Shown: in pieces, positions 8,914 through 18,300 of the stretch
How the letters are laid out: every line of letters starts with the position of its first letter
Numbering within the stretch: the first letter of the stretch is position 1
Virus record (IMG/VR): IMGVR_UViG_3300042547_000361
Coordinates: 4,327 to 68,326 of that record
Strand: one strand, 5' to 3'
DNA from: a virus
Length of the DNA stretch: 64,000 nucleotides
The notes under the pieces: generated by a model
Told to the model about the DNA's origin: nothing
The model's database searches: none
What the model saw: only the letters and a program-made list of their open reading frames with translations
Position numbers and translations under genes: made by a program

Positions 8914-9432
8914 ATGGCTAATACCACCTTCAACGGCCCAGTTCGGTCGCAAAACGGCTTTCAATCTATCACCACCAACAGCACCACTGGCGCTGTTACC
9001 GTGGACGCCACTTTTGGCGCAACCACCAGCGTGACTAATCTGACAACCACAAATTTGGTCTTTACCGACCAAAACCACCCCACAACCGCAGCTATCAACG
9101 CTACGGCCACCGCCACCGCAGCAGAGGTTGCAACGGGCTACATCACTTCTACCTCTGCTGCCGCAACGACCATCACGCTGCCTACGGGCACGGCGCTTGG
9201 TGCCGCTATTGGTGCGGTCAGAGGTACCGTTCTTGACCTGTTTGTGGACAACACCGCTGGTGCTTCGACCGTGACTATGGCTGTGAACACCAACGCAGTT
9301 CTGTCCAGCGCTGCTGCGGACACTCCCGGCTCGTTTGGCGACTTGACCATCGCATCTGGTGCCACGGGCATTGCCCGGTTCACCCTCATGTTCGCTAGTG
9401 CCACCGCCTACACGTTCACACGTACGGCTTAA
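8914..9432 (+). CDS. putative virion structural protein
   Basis: Thr/Ala-rich 172 aa, GAGG RBS. Confidence 0.7.
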   Translation: MANTTFNGPVRSQNGFQSITTNSTTGAVTVDATFGATTSVTNLTTTNLVFTDQNHPTTAAINATATATAAEVATGYITSTSAAATTITLPTGTALGAAIGAVRGTVLDLFVDNTAGASTVTMAVNTNAVLSSAAADTPGSFGDLTIASGATGIARFTLMFASATAYTFTRTA

Positions 9433-9444
9433 TAGGAGCGCATC

Positions 9445-9945
9445 ATGACGATGCAATACGACGTAAAGTCGGCACACATGACCTCTTCGGGCGTGGCGGT
9501 GAACTACCGAACACGCCTCAAGGGGGCCGTTGTGTCGGCAAACACTAGTGCGGCGGCGCGGCACACGGTGTTTGCAAACAATGTGACGCAAACGGGCACT
9601 TACGGGCGGTCTACGACCACTGTGACGGTGACTATCACCAATCATGGCCTCACTACTGGGAACCGCGTTTGGTTGGACTTTTCTGCGGGCACAGGTGGTA
9701 CGGCAACGGATAACATCTATTCGGTCACGGTTTCAGATGCCAATACGTTCACGGTAACGGACTCTGCCAGTGGCACCATCACCGGGTCTCCTGCGGTGTC
9801 GATGTACGCTGACATTTTGATGGAAGCAGATTCGTACAACGCGACTGCGTTTCCTGTGGTGATTCCGGGCGAAGGAATTTTGGCCAAAGACGGTATTTTT
9901 GTTGGTTTGGTTGCAAACGTAACAACCACTTTGTTCTATGGCTAA
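9445..9945 (+). CDS. putative virion structural protein
   Basis: Beta-rich, contains a TVTVTITNHGLTTGNRV small beta-barrel-like insert. Confidence 0.7.
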   Translation: MTMQYDVKSAHMTSSGVAVNYRTRLKGAVVSANTSAAARHTVFANNVTQTGTYGRSTTTVTVTITNHGLTTGNRVWLDFSAGTGGTATDNIYSVTVSDANTFTVTDSASGTITGSPAVSMYADILMEADSYNATAFPVVIPGEGILAKDGIFVGLVANVTTTLFYG

Positions 9946-10192
9946 GACACCAGCATGGCAGCGCAAAGAAGGCAAGTCCGAGAAGGGCGGACTTAACGCC
10001 AAGGGGCGAGCCTCCTACAACAAGGCCAACCCCGGCAAGCCAGGGTTGAAAGCCCCTCAACCCGAGGGCGGCAGCAGGCGCGACTCTTTTTGCGCAAGAA
10101 TGTCTGGGATGAAGAAGAAGTTGACCGGCGAGAAAGCCAAAAAAGACCCGAACAGTCGTATCAACAAGAGCCTGCGGGCTTGGAAATGCTGA
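9938..10192 (+). CDS. small basic protein (DUF6321-like)
   Basis: AWQRKEGK..GGLNAKGRASY...RRDSFCARM...SLRAWKC pattern. Confidence 0.7.
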   Translation: MAKTPAWQRKEGKSEKGGLNAKGRASYNKANPGKPGLKAPQPEGGSRRDSFCARMSGMKKKLTGEKAKKDPNSRINKSLRAWKC

Positions 10193-10193
10193 C

Positions 10194-10400
10194 ATGAGCC
10201 AGAACCATGATACCGTCAAAAACGTGCTGGATGTGGTGGCAATCTTTAGCACTGTTGGCGCTTTTTTAAACATGCTCACGCCGCTGTTTGGCTTGATCGG
10301 CGCAATCGTTGGTGCCATGCGTATTTACGAGATGGCTACCGGGAAAGACTTTTACACGCTTTTCCGCAGAAAGAAAACTGACGATGCCAAGCAAGAGTAA
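10194..10400 (+). CDS. small membrane protein
   Basis: Long hydrophobic stretch and basic C-terminus. Confidence 0.65.
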   Translation: MSQNHDTVKNVLDVVAIFSTVGAFLNMLTPLFGLIGAIVGAMRIYEMATGKDFYTLFRRKKTDDAKQE

Positions 10401-10833
10401 GGCACAACACAACTTCATGGCGGCGGTGGCCAACAACCCCACGTTTGCCAAGAAGGCTGGCGTCCCACAGAGTGTTGGGCAGGAATTCGTTTCTGCTGAC
10501 CGGGGCAAGAAGTTTGGGTCGGGTAGCCGTGCAAATGCGCAGGCCATCAACAAGCCCAAAACCAATCAAGGTGGACAAGAGTTTTTTTCAAAAGGTGGTG
10601 ATACTATGGCTTCCAAAATGAACGCAGGTTTTATGGCTATGATGGCCAAGAAAAAAGGCGCACCGGCTAAGAAGATGGCTGGCGGCGGTATGACCACGGC
10701 CAAGATGGGCACCGTCAAAACGGCGGCTCCCAGCAAAGACGGCATGGCCACCAAAGGCAAGACCAAAGGCACGATGGTCAAGATGTCCGGCAGCAAGCCC
10801 CTGGGCATGAAGTCTGGCGGAAAGACCTGCTGA
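10384..10833 (+). CDS. Lys/Met/Gly-rich basic protein with repeated xxGG motifs
   Basis: Start ATG 10384 (MPSKSKAQ); FSKGG, MAGGG, MKSGG. Confidence 0.7.
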   Translation: MPSKSKAQHNFMAAVANNPTFAKKAGVPQSVGQEFVSADRGKKFGSGSRANAQAINKPKTNQGGQEFFSKGGDTMASKMNAGFMAMMAKKKGAPAKKMAGGGMTTAKMGTVKTAAPSKDGMATKGKTKGTMVKMSGSKPLGMKSGGKTC

Positions 10834-10845
10834 TAGGAGGCCGTC

Positions 10846-11127
10846 ATGGGCATTAGAATTGGCGACGTTTCTCCATTGGCCGGTATGATGACCGGCAAAG
10901 GGGCTATGGGCAAACTCATATCCCAAGGTTTTGGTGGCGTCATACCTGCTGCAATTGCACGAGAGGCAATTAAGGAGCACGAGGCAGAAGCCGCCAAAGC
11001 TGCCCAGGCGGCTTCTGTGGGCAATGTCGGTTCCGTAGCCAAGCCTATGAAAAAGGGCGGCATGACGGCATCCAAGCGTGCTGATGGTATTGCGCAGCGG
11101 GGTAAGACTCGCGGAAAGATGTGCTGA
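10846..11127 (+). CDS. small basic protein
   Basis: AGGAGG RBS; MKKGG motif and ADGIAQRGKTRGKMC tail. Confidence 0.7.
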   Translation: MGIRIGDVSPLAGMMTGKGAMGKLISQGFGGVIPAAIAREAIKEHEAEAAKAAQAASVGNVGSVAKPMKKGGMTASKRADGIAQRGKTRGKMC

Positions 11128-11128
11128 C

Positions 11129-11404
11129 ATGAGGCCGAGCCGTGGGATGGGGGCGATCCTCCCGTCCAAAATGCCCGGCGGGGTTAAGAAGCCCCGTCGG
11201 GACGACACTGACTTCACGCAGTACGCCGAGGGTGGCAAGGTCAACGCGGCAGGCAACTACACCAAACCGGGTATGCGCAAGTCGTTGTTTGAGTCGATCA
11301 AGTCGCAGGCTGTGCAGGGTACCGGCGCAGGTCAATGGAGCGCGAGAAAAGCGCAGCTTCTGGCCAAACAGTACAAGGCCGCTGGCGGCGGGTATCGAGA
11401 CTGA
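11129..11404 (+). CDS. DUF5872-like protein, N-terminal half
   Basis: YTKP..R...GQWSARKAQLLAKQYKAAGGGY motif. Confidence 0.65.
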   Translation: MRPSRGMGAILPSKMPGGVKKPRRDDTDFTQYAEGGKVNAAGNYTKPGMRKSLFESIKSQAVQGTGAGQWSARKAQLLAKQYKAAGGGYRD

Positions 11405-11405
11405 A

Positions 11406-11639
11406 ATGAAAGACCCGCAGCAGTCGCTCAAAGACTGGGGCGCTCAGAAGTGGCGCACTAAGTCCGGTAGGCCATCATCTAAGACGGGTGAGCGGTATCT
11501 GCCTGAGAATGCCATCAAGGCGCTATCACCCGCTGAGTACGCTGCCACAACACGGGCTAAGCGGGCGGGCAAGAAGGCGGGCAAACAATTCGTTGCGCAG
11601 CCCAAGGGCATAGCTAAGAAAACGGCAGGGTATAGGTAA
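11406..11639 (+). CDS. DUF5872-like protein, C-terminal half
   Basis: QQSLKDWGAQKWRTKSG...ERYLP...GKQFVAQP motif. Confidence 0.65.
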   Translation: MKDPQQSLKDWGAQKWRTKSGRPSSKTGERYLPENAIKALSPAEYAATTRAKRAGKKAGKQFVAQPKGIAKKTAGYR

Positions 11640-12583
11640 TGGCAACCACATCCGGCGCAGCAGGTTTCAACCTCGATTTGACTGAGATCGTCGAGGAGGC
11701 GTTTGAGCGCGTGGGCTCTGAGATGCGCACGGGCTACGACCTGCGCACGGCCCGCCGTTCCATGAACCTGATGTTTGCCGACTGGGCCAACCGTGGCATC
11801 AACATGTGGACGTTTGAGCAGGGCACCATCCCGCTCATTCAAGGCTTAAACACCTACGCGCTGCCTACCGACACGGTGGACCTGCTCGATCATGTGATTC
11901 GCACCCAGCCCAACCAGCAGTCCAATCAGGCTGACCTGACCATCACGCGTATCAGTGTTTCTACCTACGCAACAATCCCAAATAAGCTGACGCAAGACCG
12001 GCCTATACAGCTCTGGGTGCAGCGGTTGGACGGTCAGATTTCTCCCACGGGATACACCTACCAGAGCGCGGACACCGGAGCGCAGACCCTGACGCTCTCG
12101 TCTACGGCCAACTTGCCAACGCTGGGCTACCTAAACATCGGCACCGAGACGATCTACTACGGCTGGATCAACAGCAGCACGCAGCTTGGCGGCGTCTTCC
12201 GGGCGCAGAACGGCACCAGTCAGACCACCCCCGCTGTTGGCACTGCGGCGTACCTCAACAACACACCACGTATTACGGTCTGGCCAACGCCGGATCAGGG
12301 CACTGTGGGCAACCCCACGTATCAGTTTGTGTACTGGCGCATGCGTCGGGTTCAGGATGCCGGTGGCGGTGTCAACGTCATGGACGTTCCGTTCAGGTTC
12401 ATCCCCTGCATGGTTGCGGGGCTGTCGTACTACATGGCGCTCAAGGTGCCCGGTGCACTGGATCGAATTCAGCTTCTCAAGCAGCAGTATGACGAGGCTT
12501 GGGACTTGGCCTCGCAGGAAGATCATGAGAAGGCGGCGGTGCGGTTTGTGCCGCGTAGGCAGTACATCGCTGGGGCGTTCTAA
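11639..12583 (+). CDS. putative head-tail adaptor protein
   Basis: Position; helical N- and C-termini (IVEEAFER, LKQQYDEAW) typical of adaptor proteins. Confidence 0.55.
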   Translation: MATTSGAAGFNLDLTEIVEEAFERVGSEMRTGYDLRTARRSMNLMFADWANRGINMWTFEQGTIPLIQGLNTYALPTDTVDLLDHVIRTQPNQQSNQADLTITRISVSTYATIPNKLTQDRPIQLWVQRLDGQISPTGYTYQSADTGAQTLTLSSTANLPTLGYLNIGTETIYYGWINSSTQLGGVFRAQNGTSQTTPAVGTAAYLNNTPRITVWPTPDQGTVGNPTYQFVYWRMRRVQDAGGGVNVMDVPFRFIPCMVAGLSYYMALKVPGALDRIQLLKQQYDEAWDLASQEDHEKAAVRFVPRRQYIAGAF

Positions 12584-13011
12584 TGCCCAATCGGTTTTCA
12601 TCCGGCAAGTATGCGATTGCACAGTGTGACCGCTGCAACTTTCGCTTCAAGCTCAAGGAGCTCAAGACCTACACGCTCAAGACGAAGAACGTGAACATGT
12701 TGGTGTGCCCGGCTTGCTGGGACCCAGACCATCCACAGCTTCAGTTGGGTATGTACCCGGTGGAGGACCCGCAGGCAGTGCGCAACCCAAGGCCAGATAT
12801 TACGTACCGGCTGGGCGGCAACAGTGGTTTGCAGATTTCAAACGTCAGCGGCACGGACCCAGATGAGGATGGTACAGCCACCGGCGGCAGTCGGATATTT
12901 CAGTGGGGGTGGAACCCAGTGGGCGGATCAAGCTTTTTTGATGCTGCACTCACCCCAAACAACTTGGTTTTGACTGTGAACCTTGGTACAGTTACGGTAG
13001 CAACGACATAA
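12583..13011 (+). CDS. hypothetical protein with two CxxC motifs
   Basis: CDRC...CPAC, TAATG-coupled. Confidence 0.7.
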   Translation: MPNRFSSGKYAIAQCDRCNFRFKLKELKTYTLKTKNVNMLVCPACWDPDHPQLQLGMYPVEDPQAVRNPRPDITYRLGGNSGLQISNVSGTDPDEDGTATGGSRIFQWGWNPVGGSSFFDAALTPNNLVLTVNLGTVTVATT

Positions 13012-13021
13012 GGAGTCAATC

Positions 13022-13186
13022 ATGGACGCGAAAAAAGCGGTGCATAAGCACGAGAAAGCCAAACACCCCGGTCAGCCGCTGACTAAAATGCGTGCTGGCG
13101 GCAAGACCAACAGCGACATGCTCAAGATGGGACGCAATATGGCCAAGATCGCCAACCAGAAATCCCCTGGCCGCAAAGGAGCCTGA
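13022..13186 (+). CDS. small basic protein (54 aa, not in ORF track)
   Basis: AAGGAG RBS; MDAKKAVHKHEK...KMRAGGKT. Confidence 0.7.
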   Translation: MDAKKAVHKHEKAKHPGQPLTKMRAGGKTNSDMLKMGRNMAKIANQKSPGRKGA

Positions 13187-13187
13187 A

Positions 13188-13388
13188 ATGGCTACATACA
13201 AGTCTCCTAAAAAGGTCGCCAATGTTGTGGTGGGTGAAGAGCCTGCCAAGACGACCATGCGCAAGGCCAACGTGTCTGTGGCCAACATCCGCAGCCAGGA
13301 CTATCCGCCTATGAAAACCAGCGGCATCAAAATCCGTGGCACGGGCTGTGCCACTAAGGGCGTCATGGCTAGGGGCCCGATGGCATGA
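13188..13388 (+). CDS. small basic protein (66 aa)
   Basis: AAGGAG RBS before ATG 13188; IRGTGCATKG tail. Confidence 0.7.
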   Translation: MATYKSPKKVANVVVGEEPAKTTMRKANVSVANIRSQDYPPMKTSGIKIRGTGCATKGVMARGPMA

Positions 13389-14107
13389 CCTACAACGAGT
13401 TGATCGCTGCGATCCAGTCGTACACGGAAAACACATTTCCAGATACGTACCTTGCCAGTGGAAGTGCGGTGTCTTCAACGACACAGCTCAATACTTTCAT
13501 CAAGCAGGCGGAGCAGCGCATCTACAACACGGTCCAATTTCCCTCGCTGCGCAAGAACGTCACCGGCTCAACATCACAGAACAACAAATATCTGTCTTGC
13601 CCCGGTGATTTTCTGGCTACGTACTCTTTGGCGGTGATTGATGCTTTGGGGTCGTACGAATACTTGCTCAACAAGGATGTGAACTTCATCCGGCAGGCGT
13701 ACCCGCAACCCACGGACACGGCGATCCCCAAGTACTATGCGCTGTTTGGCCCGACTACGGCAGGGGCTGTAATCACTGATGAACTGTCGTTCTTGCTTGG
13801 ACCGACGCCGGATGCTGTTTACAGTGTCGAGCTGCACTACTATTACTACCCCGAGTCGATCACGACGGCATCCAGCGGTCAGACTTGGCTGGGTGACAAC
13901 TTTGACTCCGTCTTGCTTTACGGTTCGCTGGTCGAGGCATATACGTTTATGAAGGGCGAAACTGACATGGTTGCGCTCTACGATGGCAAGTACAAAGAAG
14001 CGCTTGCGTTGGCCAAACGACTGGGTGATGGGCTGGAGCGCAGCGATGCGTACCGCAGCGGGCAGGCGCGTGTTATGCCCTTGCCACAGAATAACGGGGT
14101 TCAGTGA
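13385..14107 (+). CDS. putative head-tail connector/adaptor
   Basis: MTYNELIAAIQSY...FIKQAEQRI...LLYGSLVEA pattern of phage adaptors. Confidence 0.6.
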   Translation: MTYNELIAAIQSYTENTFPDTYLASGSAVSSTTQLNTFIKQAEQRIYNTVQFPSLRKNVTGSTSQNNKYLSCPGDFLATYSLAVIDALGSYEYLLNKDVNFIRQAYPQPTDTAIPKYYALFGPTTAGAVITDELSFLLGPTPDAVYSVELHYYYYPESITTASSGQTWLGDNFDSVLLYGSLVEAYTFMKGETDMVALYDGKYKEALALAKRLGDGLERSDAYRSGQARVMPLPQNNGVQ

Positions 14108-14529
14108 TGGCCTTTACAGGCAACTACTCCTGCAACACGCTGCGGTCGGGCCTTGCCAACGGCACGATCAACTTCGCCACAGACACGTTCTATCTGGCGC
14201 TGTATACCAACACGGCTACGCTGGATCAGACGACTACCGCATACACCACGGTGGGCGAAGCCACGGGCGGCAACTACGTTGCTGGGGGGCAGCTTGTTAC
14301 GGCTACGATTGCAAGCCAGACCGCCGCTACGGGCAGCACCACGTATATCAACTTTTCGTCCCCTGCGTGGACGGGGAACATCACGGCTCGCGGCGCGTTG
14401 ATCTACACTCCCGGCGACAACGGTGCGGTGTGTGTTCTTGACTTTGGGTCTGACAAAACCTCAACGACAACTTTTACTGTGCAGATGCCCGCAAACACAA
14501 GTACATCTGCTTTAATCCGCGTAACTTAA
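14104..14529 (+). CDS. putative tail protein
   Basis: Beta-rich 141 aa in the tail module. Confidence 0.6.
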   Translation: MMAFTGNYSCNTLRSGLANGTINFATDTFYLALYTNTATLDQTTTAYTTVGEATGGNYVAGGQLVTATIASQTAATGSTTYINFSSPAWTGNITARGALIYTPGDNGAVCVLDFGSDKTSTTTFTVQMPANTSTSALIRVT

Positions 14530-14539
14530 GGAGCATCTC

Positions 14540-15115
14540 ATGTCTTACGAAATTGCAAAAGCCTCTGACTCCATCTCTGGCGGTCTGATTGCTGGCACAA
14601 AAAACACCGAGGTGGCAAAAGCCACTGGCCGCTTCCGCATGGAATGCTATGACAAAGACGGCATCCTGAAATGGACCGCTGAGTCCCAGAACCTTGTGGT
14701 CAACGTAGGTCTTCAGTACATGGCAGGCACGGCCCTGACCAGCACGACTCAGATCACCACTTGGTACATCGGCCTGTATGGCGCTGGTGCATCTAACACA
14801 CCAGCCGCTGGTGACACCATGGCCTCCCACGCTGGCTGGACTGAAGTCACTCCGTACGCAGGCAATCGCCCAACAGCTACCTTTGCCGCTGCTACCAACG
14901 CCAACCCCTCGGTAGTGACCAACACCGCATCCCCCGCTTCGTTTAGCATTAACGCTACTCAGACGGTGGGCGGTGCGTTCTTGACCAGCAACAACACCGC
15001 TGGTGGTTCCACTGGAACCCTGTTCTCGGCTGCTGATTTTCAATCGCCCGGTGACAGGAGTGTGGTGTCCGGAGATACATTGAATGTTACCTACCAGTTT
15101 TCACTTGCAGGATGA
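14540..15115 (+). CDS. putative tail protein
   Basis: NLVVNVG...VVSGDTLNVTY pattern; AAGGAG RBS. Confidence 0.6.
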   Translation: MSYEIAKASDSISGGLIAGTKNTEVAKATGRFRMECYDKDGILKWTAESQNLVVNVGLQYMAGTALTSTTQITTWYIGLYGAGASNTPAAGDTMASHAGWTEVTPYAGNRPTATFAAATNANPSVVTNTASPASFSINATQTVGGAFLTSNNTAGGSTGTLFSAADFQSPGDRSVVSGDTLNVTYQFSLAG

Positions 15116-15126
15116 TGGAGTAGGGG

Positions 15127-15309
15127 ATGCTCAAAATTGACTTCGAGTTTGACTCCCAGTACGGCGTCTTTCGGGACGCCCTTCATCTGCCTGAGAACCA
15201 CGGCATGACCGACGCTGAGATTCAAGCAATGAAGCAGCAGCGGTTTGATAACTGGATTGCCATCGTCACTGCCCCGCCTGTTGAAGAAACTCCTCCAACT
15301 GAGGAGTAA
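15127..15309 (+). CDS. hypothetical protein
   Basis: 60 aa directly before the giant repeat gene. Confidence 0.65.
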   Translation: MLKIDFEFDSQYGVFRDALHLPENHGMTDAEIQAMKQQRFDNWIAIVTAPPVEETPPTEE

Positions 15310-15311
15310 AC

Positions 15312-18300
15312 ATGGATCGCTATTGGGTTGGTGGTACTGGCACTTGGAATACAAGCAGCACTACAAACTGGTCTGCTACCTCCGGCGGGGGTAGCGGTGC
15401 GTCTGTCCCGACCGTAGCGGATAGCGTTTTCTTTGACCAAGCGGGAACCTATACCGTTACCATGACGGGCGCATTGGCCTGTCTGGACATCACGGTGTCA
15501 GCAGGTACAGTGACGTTTGCTACAGGTACAACCCCCACACTGAACGTTCGCGGCTCCATGTCACTGTTGGCCGGGACGGTTTGGAGCAGTACAGGAACGA
15601 TCACTTTTAGCTCTACCACAACAGGCCGCACAGTTACGACTAACGGCGTAACAATTTCTGGGGTAATTGATTTCAATGGAGTTGGTGGTGGCTGGACGCT
15701 TGGCAGTGCGTTGTCTACATCTGCACTTGCTAATATCGGTGTAACAGTCACGGCAGGAACATTTGATACTGGAAATTACAATTTAACTGCAAGGTTTTTT
15801 TCCTCTAGTAATTCAAATACTCGTACTGTTAATCTTGGTTCTAGCACGATAACCCTCAACAACGATACTGCAACAAGTATAAGCTTTTTAACTTCTACAG
15901 GGTTGACTTTTAATGCGGGCACATCAAGTTTTGTTATAACCACCCCCGGAACAGTAAATGGTGGCGGACAAACTTTTTACAATATAAGTTTTACCAGTAC
16001 AAGTTCGGCGAACGTCAGAGCAATTACCGGTGCAAACACGTTCAACAATCTTGCCATAACCGGACCCTCATCCGCTGGCGTAGTCAACGTCACTTTCGCC
16101 GCCCAACAAACCATCAACGGCACACTGTCCACCACAGGCACAGCAGGTAACAGGCGCGTTTTCTTTGCTTCTGCCACTTACGGCATCTCACAAGACCTTG
16201 TGGTCAACTCTACCCCCAGCCTGACAGACGCAGATTTCCGTGGCCTGTACGTCCGTGGCACAGCAGCCCCCATCAGCGGAACACGCATCGGCAATCGCGG
16301 TGAGTGCAGGGGCATCACGTTTGATGCGCCTAAGATTGTTTACGCAAACTTAGTTTTGAGTTCATTTTATGAAAACATTTGGGCAACGTCATCTGGCGGA
16401 ACTCCCTCACTTGTTAATTTCCCTTTGCCGCAAGATACTGCCATTATAAACAATGCTAGTGGTAACTCAGGCTTTTCAATTGGCTTTAACATTAACTATA
16501 TTCCAACACTGGATATGTCTTTGCGTACAACGGCATTGTCCTTTAGTTTTGGCAATACAACTACAGCATATGGAAATTTTGTAGCGGGGTCTGGTGTAAC
16601 TTTTAGCGGTTCTAACTCTGTCACCTTCTCCGGCGGCACAACCCAAACCATCACCAGCGCAGGTAAAACATTTTCCTGCCCCATCACCGTAGATACCTAC
16701 GGCGGCACAGTACAGCTTGCTGATGCGTTAAACATTGGGTCAAGCTCGCTGACGGTGACAAACGGTACGTTTACTACGGCGGGGTATGCGGTAACAGCGG
16801 GAACTTTATCGTCTAGCAACAGCAACGTCAGAACAATTAACCTTGGCGCGAGTGTGTTGACATTAACGCTAAGTGGCGGTTCGCCAGTAAACTTTACTAC
16901 ATCAACAAATTTAACTTTAAATACTGGAACGTCTCAAGTCACACTAACTTCATCATCAGCGTTTAATTTTCATGGTGGAGGATTGATTTTTTACAATGTG
17001 GCGCTTACAGGAACATCCTCAGTAACACACAATTTCACTGGCGCAAATACGTTTAACAATCTTACTTATACAGCACCAGCATCTGTTGGCCTGACGGGAT
17101 GCAATTTTTCCGCCAACCAAACCATCAACGGCACACTGACCTGTGCTGGCGCATCAGCAGTACGGCGCATCTTCTTGCGGTCTGAAACAATAGGCACTCC
17201 GCGCACCCTGACGGTCAACGCCATCTCTGCCACTGACTGCGACTTCCGCGACATTATTCTTGCTGGCACAGCATCAGGTGCATCACCCACTCGGGCTGGT
17301 AACTGCGGCGGCAATACGGGCATCACATTCCCTGCTGCCAAGACGGTGTACTGGAACCTTGCAGGCGCTCAAAACTGGAGTGCAACAGCATGGGCACCGG
17401 GGTCTGGTGGATTGCCTGACATCAACAACTTCCCACTGGCACAAGACACTGCTGTGTTTGATGAAGCCGCTGGCAGCGTAACCGGAACCATCACAATTAA
17501 CGCCGCATGGAACATCGGCACGTTTGACGCTTCACTGCGTACCAGTGCAATGACGCTGAGTACCAGCACAAACGCCCCCGTTGTTTACGGCGACTGGAAG
17601 TTTGGCACCGGCGTTACGTCATCCAGCACCACAGGCACAATTAATTTTGTCAAAAACGGCACCCAAACCATCACCAGCAACGGCGTTCAGTTTGGCTGTC
17701 CTGTAACAATCAACCACCCACTTGCAAACGTCCAGCTTGCTGATGCGCTGTCTTTTGCTGCAACAAGAACATTGACGTTAAACGCAGGGACGTTTGATGC
17801 TGTCACTTACAACGTGACAACAAGCCAGTTTGCCAATAATTCCTCATCCAACACGGTAAGAATGGGTTCAGGTACTTGGACATTATTTGGTTCTGGAACT
17901 GTTTGGAATATGAATGGCTCGCCAACACTTATTGTTGGCACATCAACAATTGTTCTTTCAGACACATCAACATCGTCAAGAACTTTTGTTGGAGGTAGTC
18001 TTTACTACAACAAATTAACCATTGGTGGCGCAACAGGAACATCAACGCTTACTATCAATAACAACAATACATTTGGGGAACTTGCCGCCACCAAAACGGT
18101 GGCGCACACAATTGATTTTGGAACAACCATACAGACCTTTGGCAAATGGTCTGTAACAGGCACAGCGGGTAACGTAGTAACAATTACAGGTACAAGCACC
18201 ACAAACGTCATTGCTGGCCCTGCTGTTACTGGTGTTGATTACTTGGCAATGGGTACTTGGGGTATTTCCACAACAAGCCCCGGTGAGTTTTACGCTGGAG

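Noticed and set aside
7854-8933. Long antisense ORFs opposite capsid, fibre and giant genes (also 8662-9645, 43198-44190 and others)
   Set aside because: Shadow frames of GC-rich biased coding sequence, with no RBS or recognisable motifs
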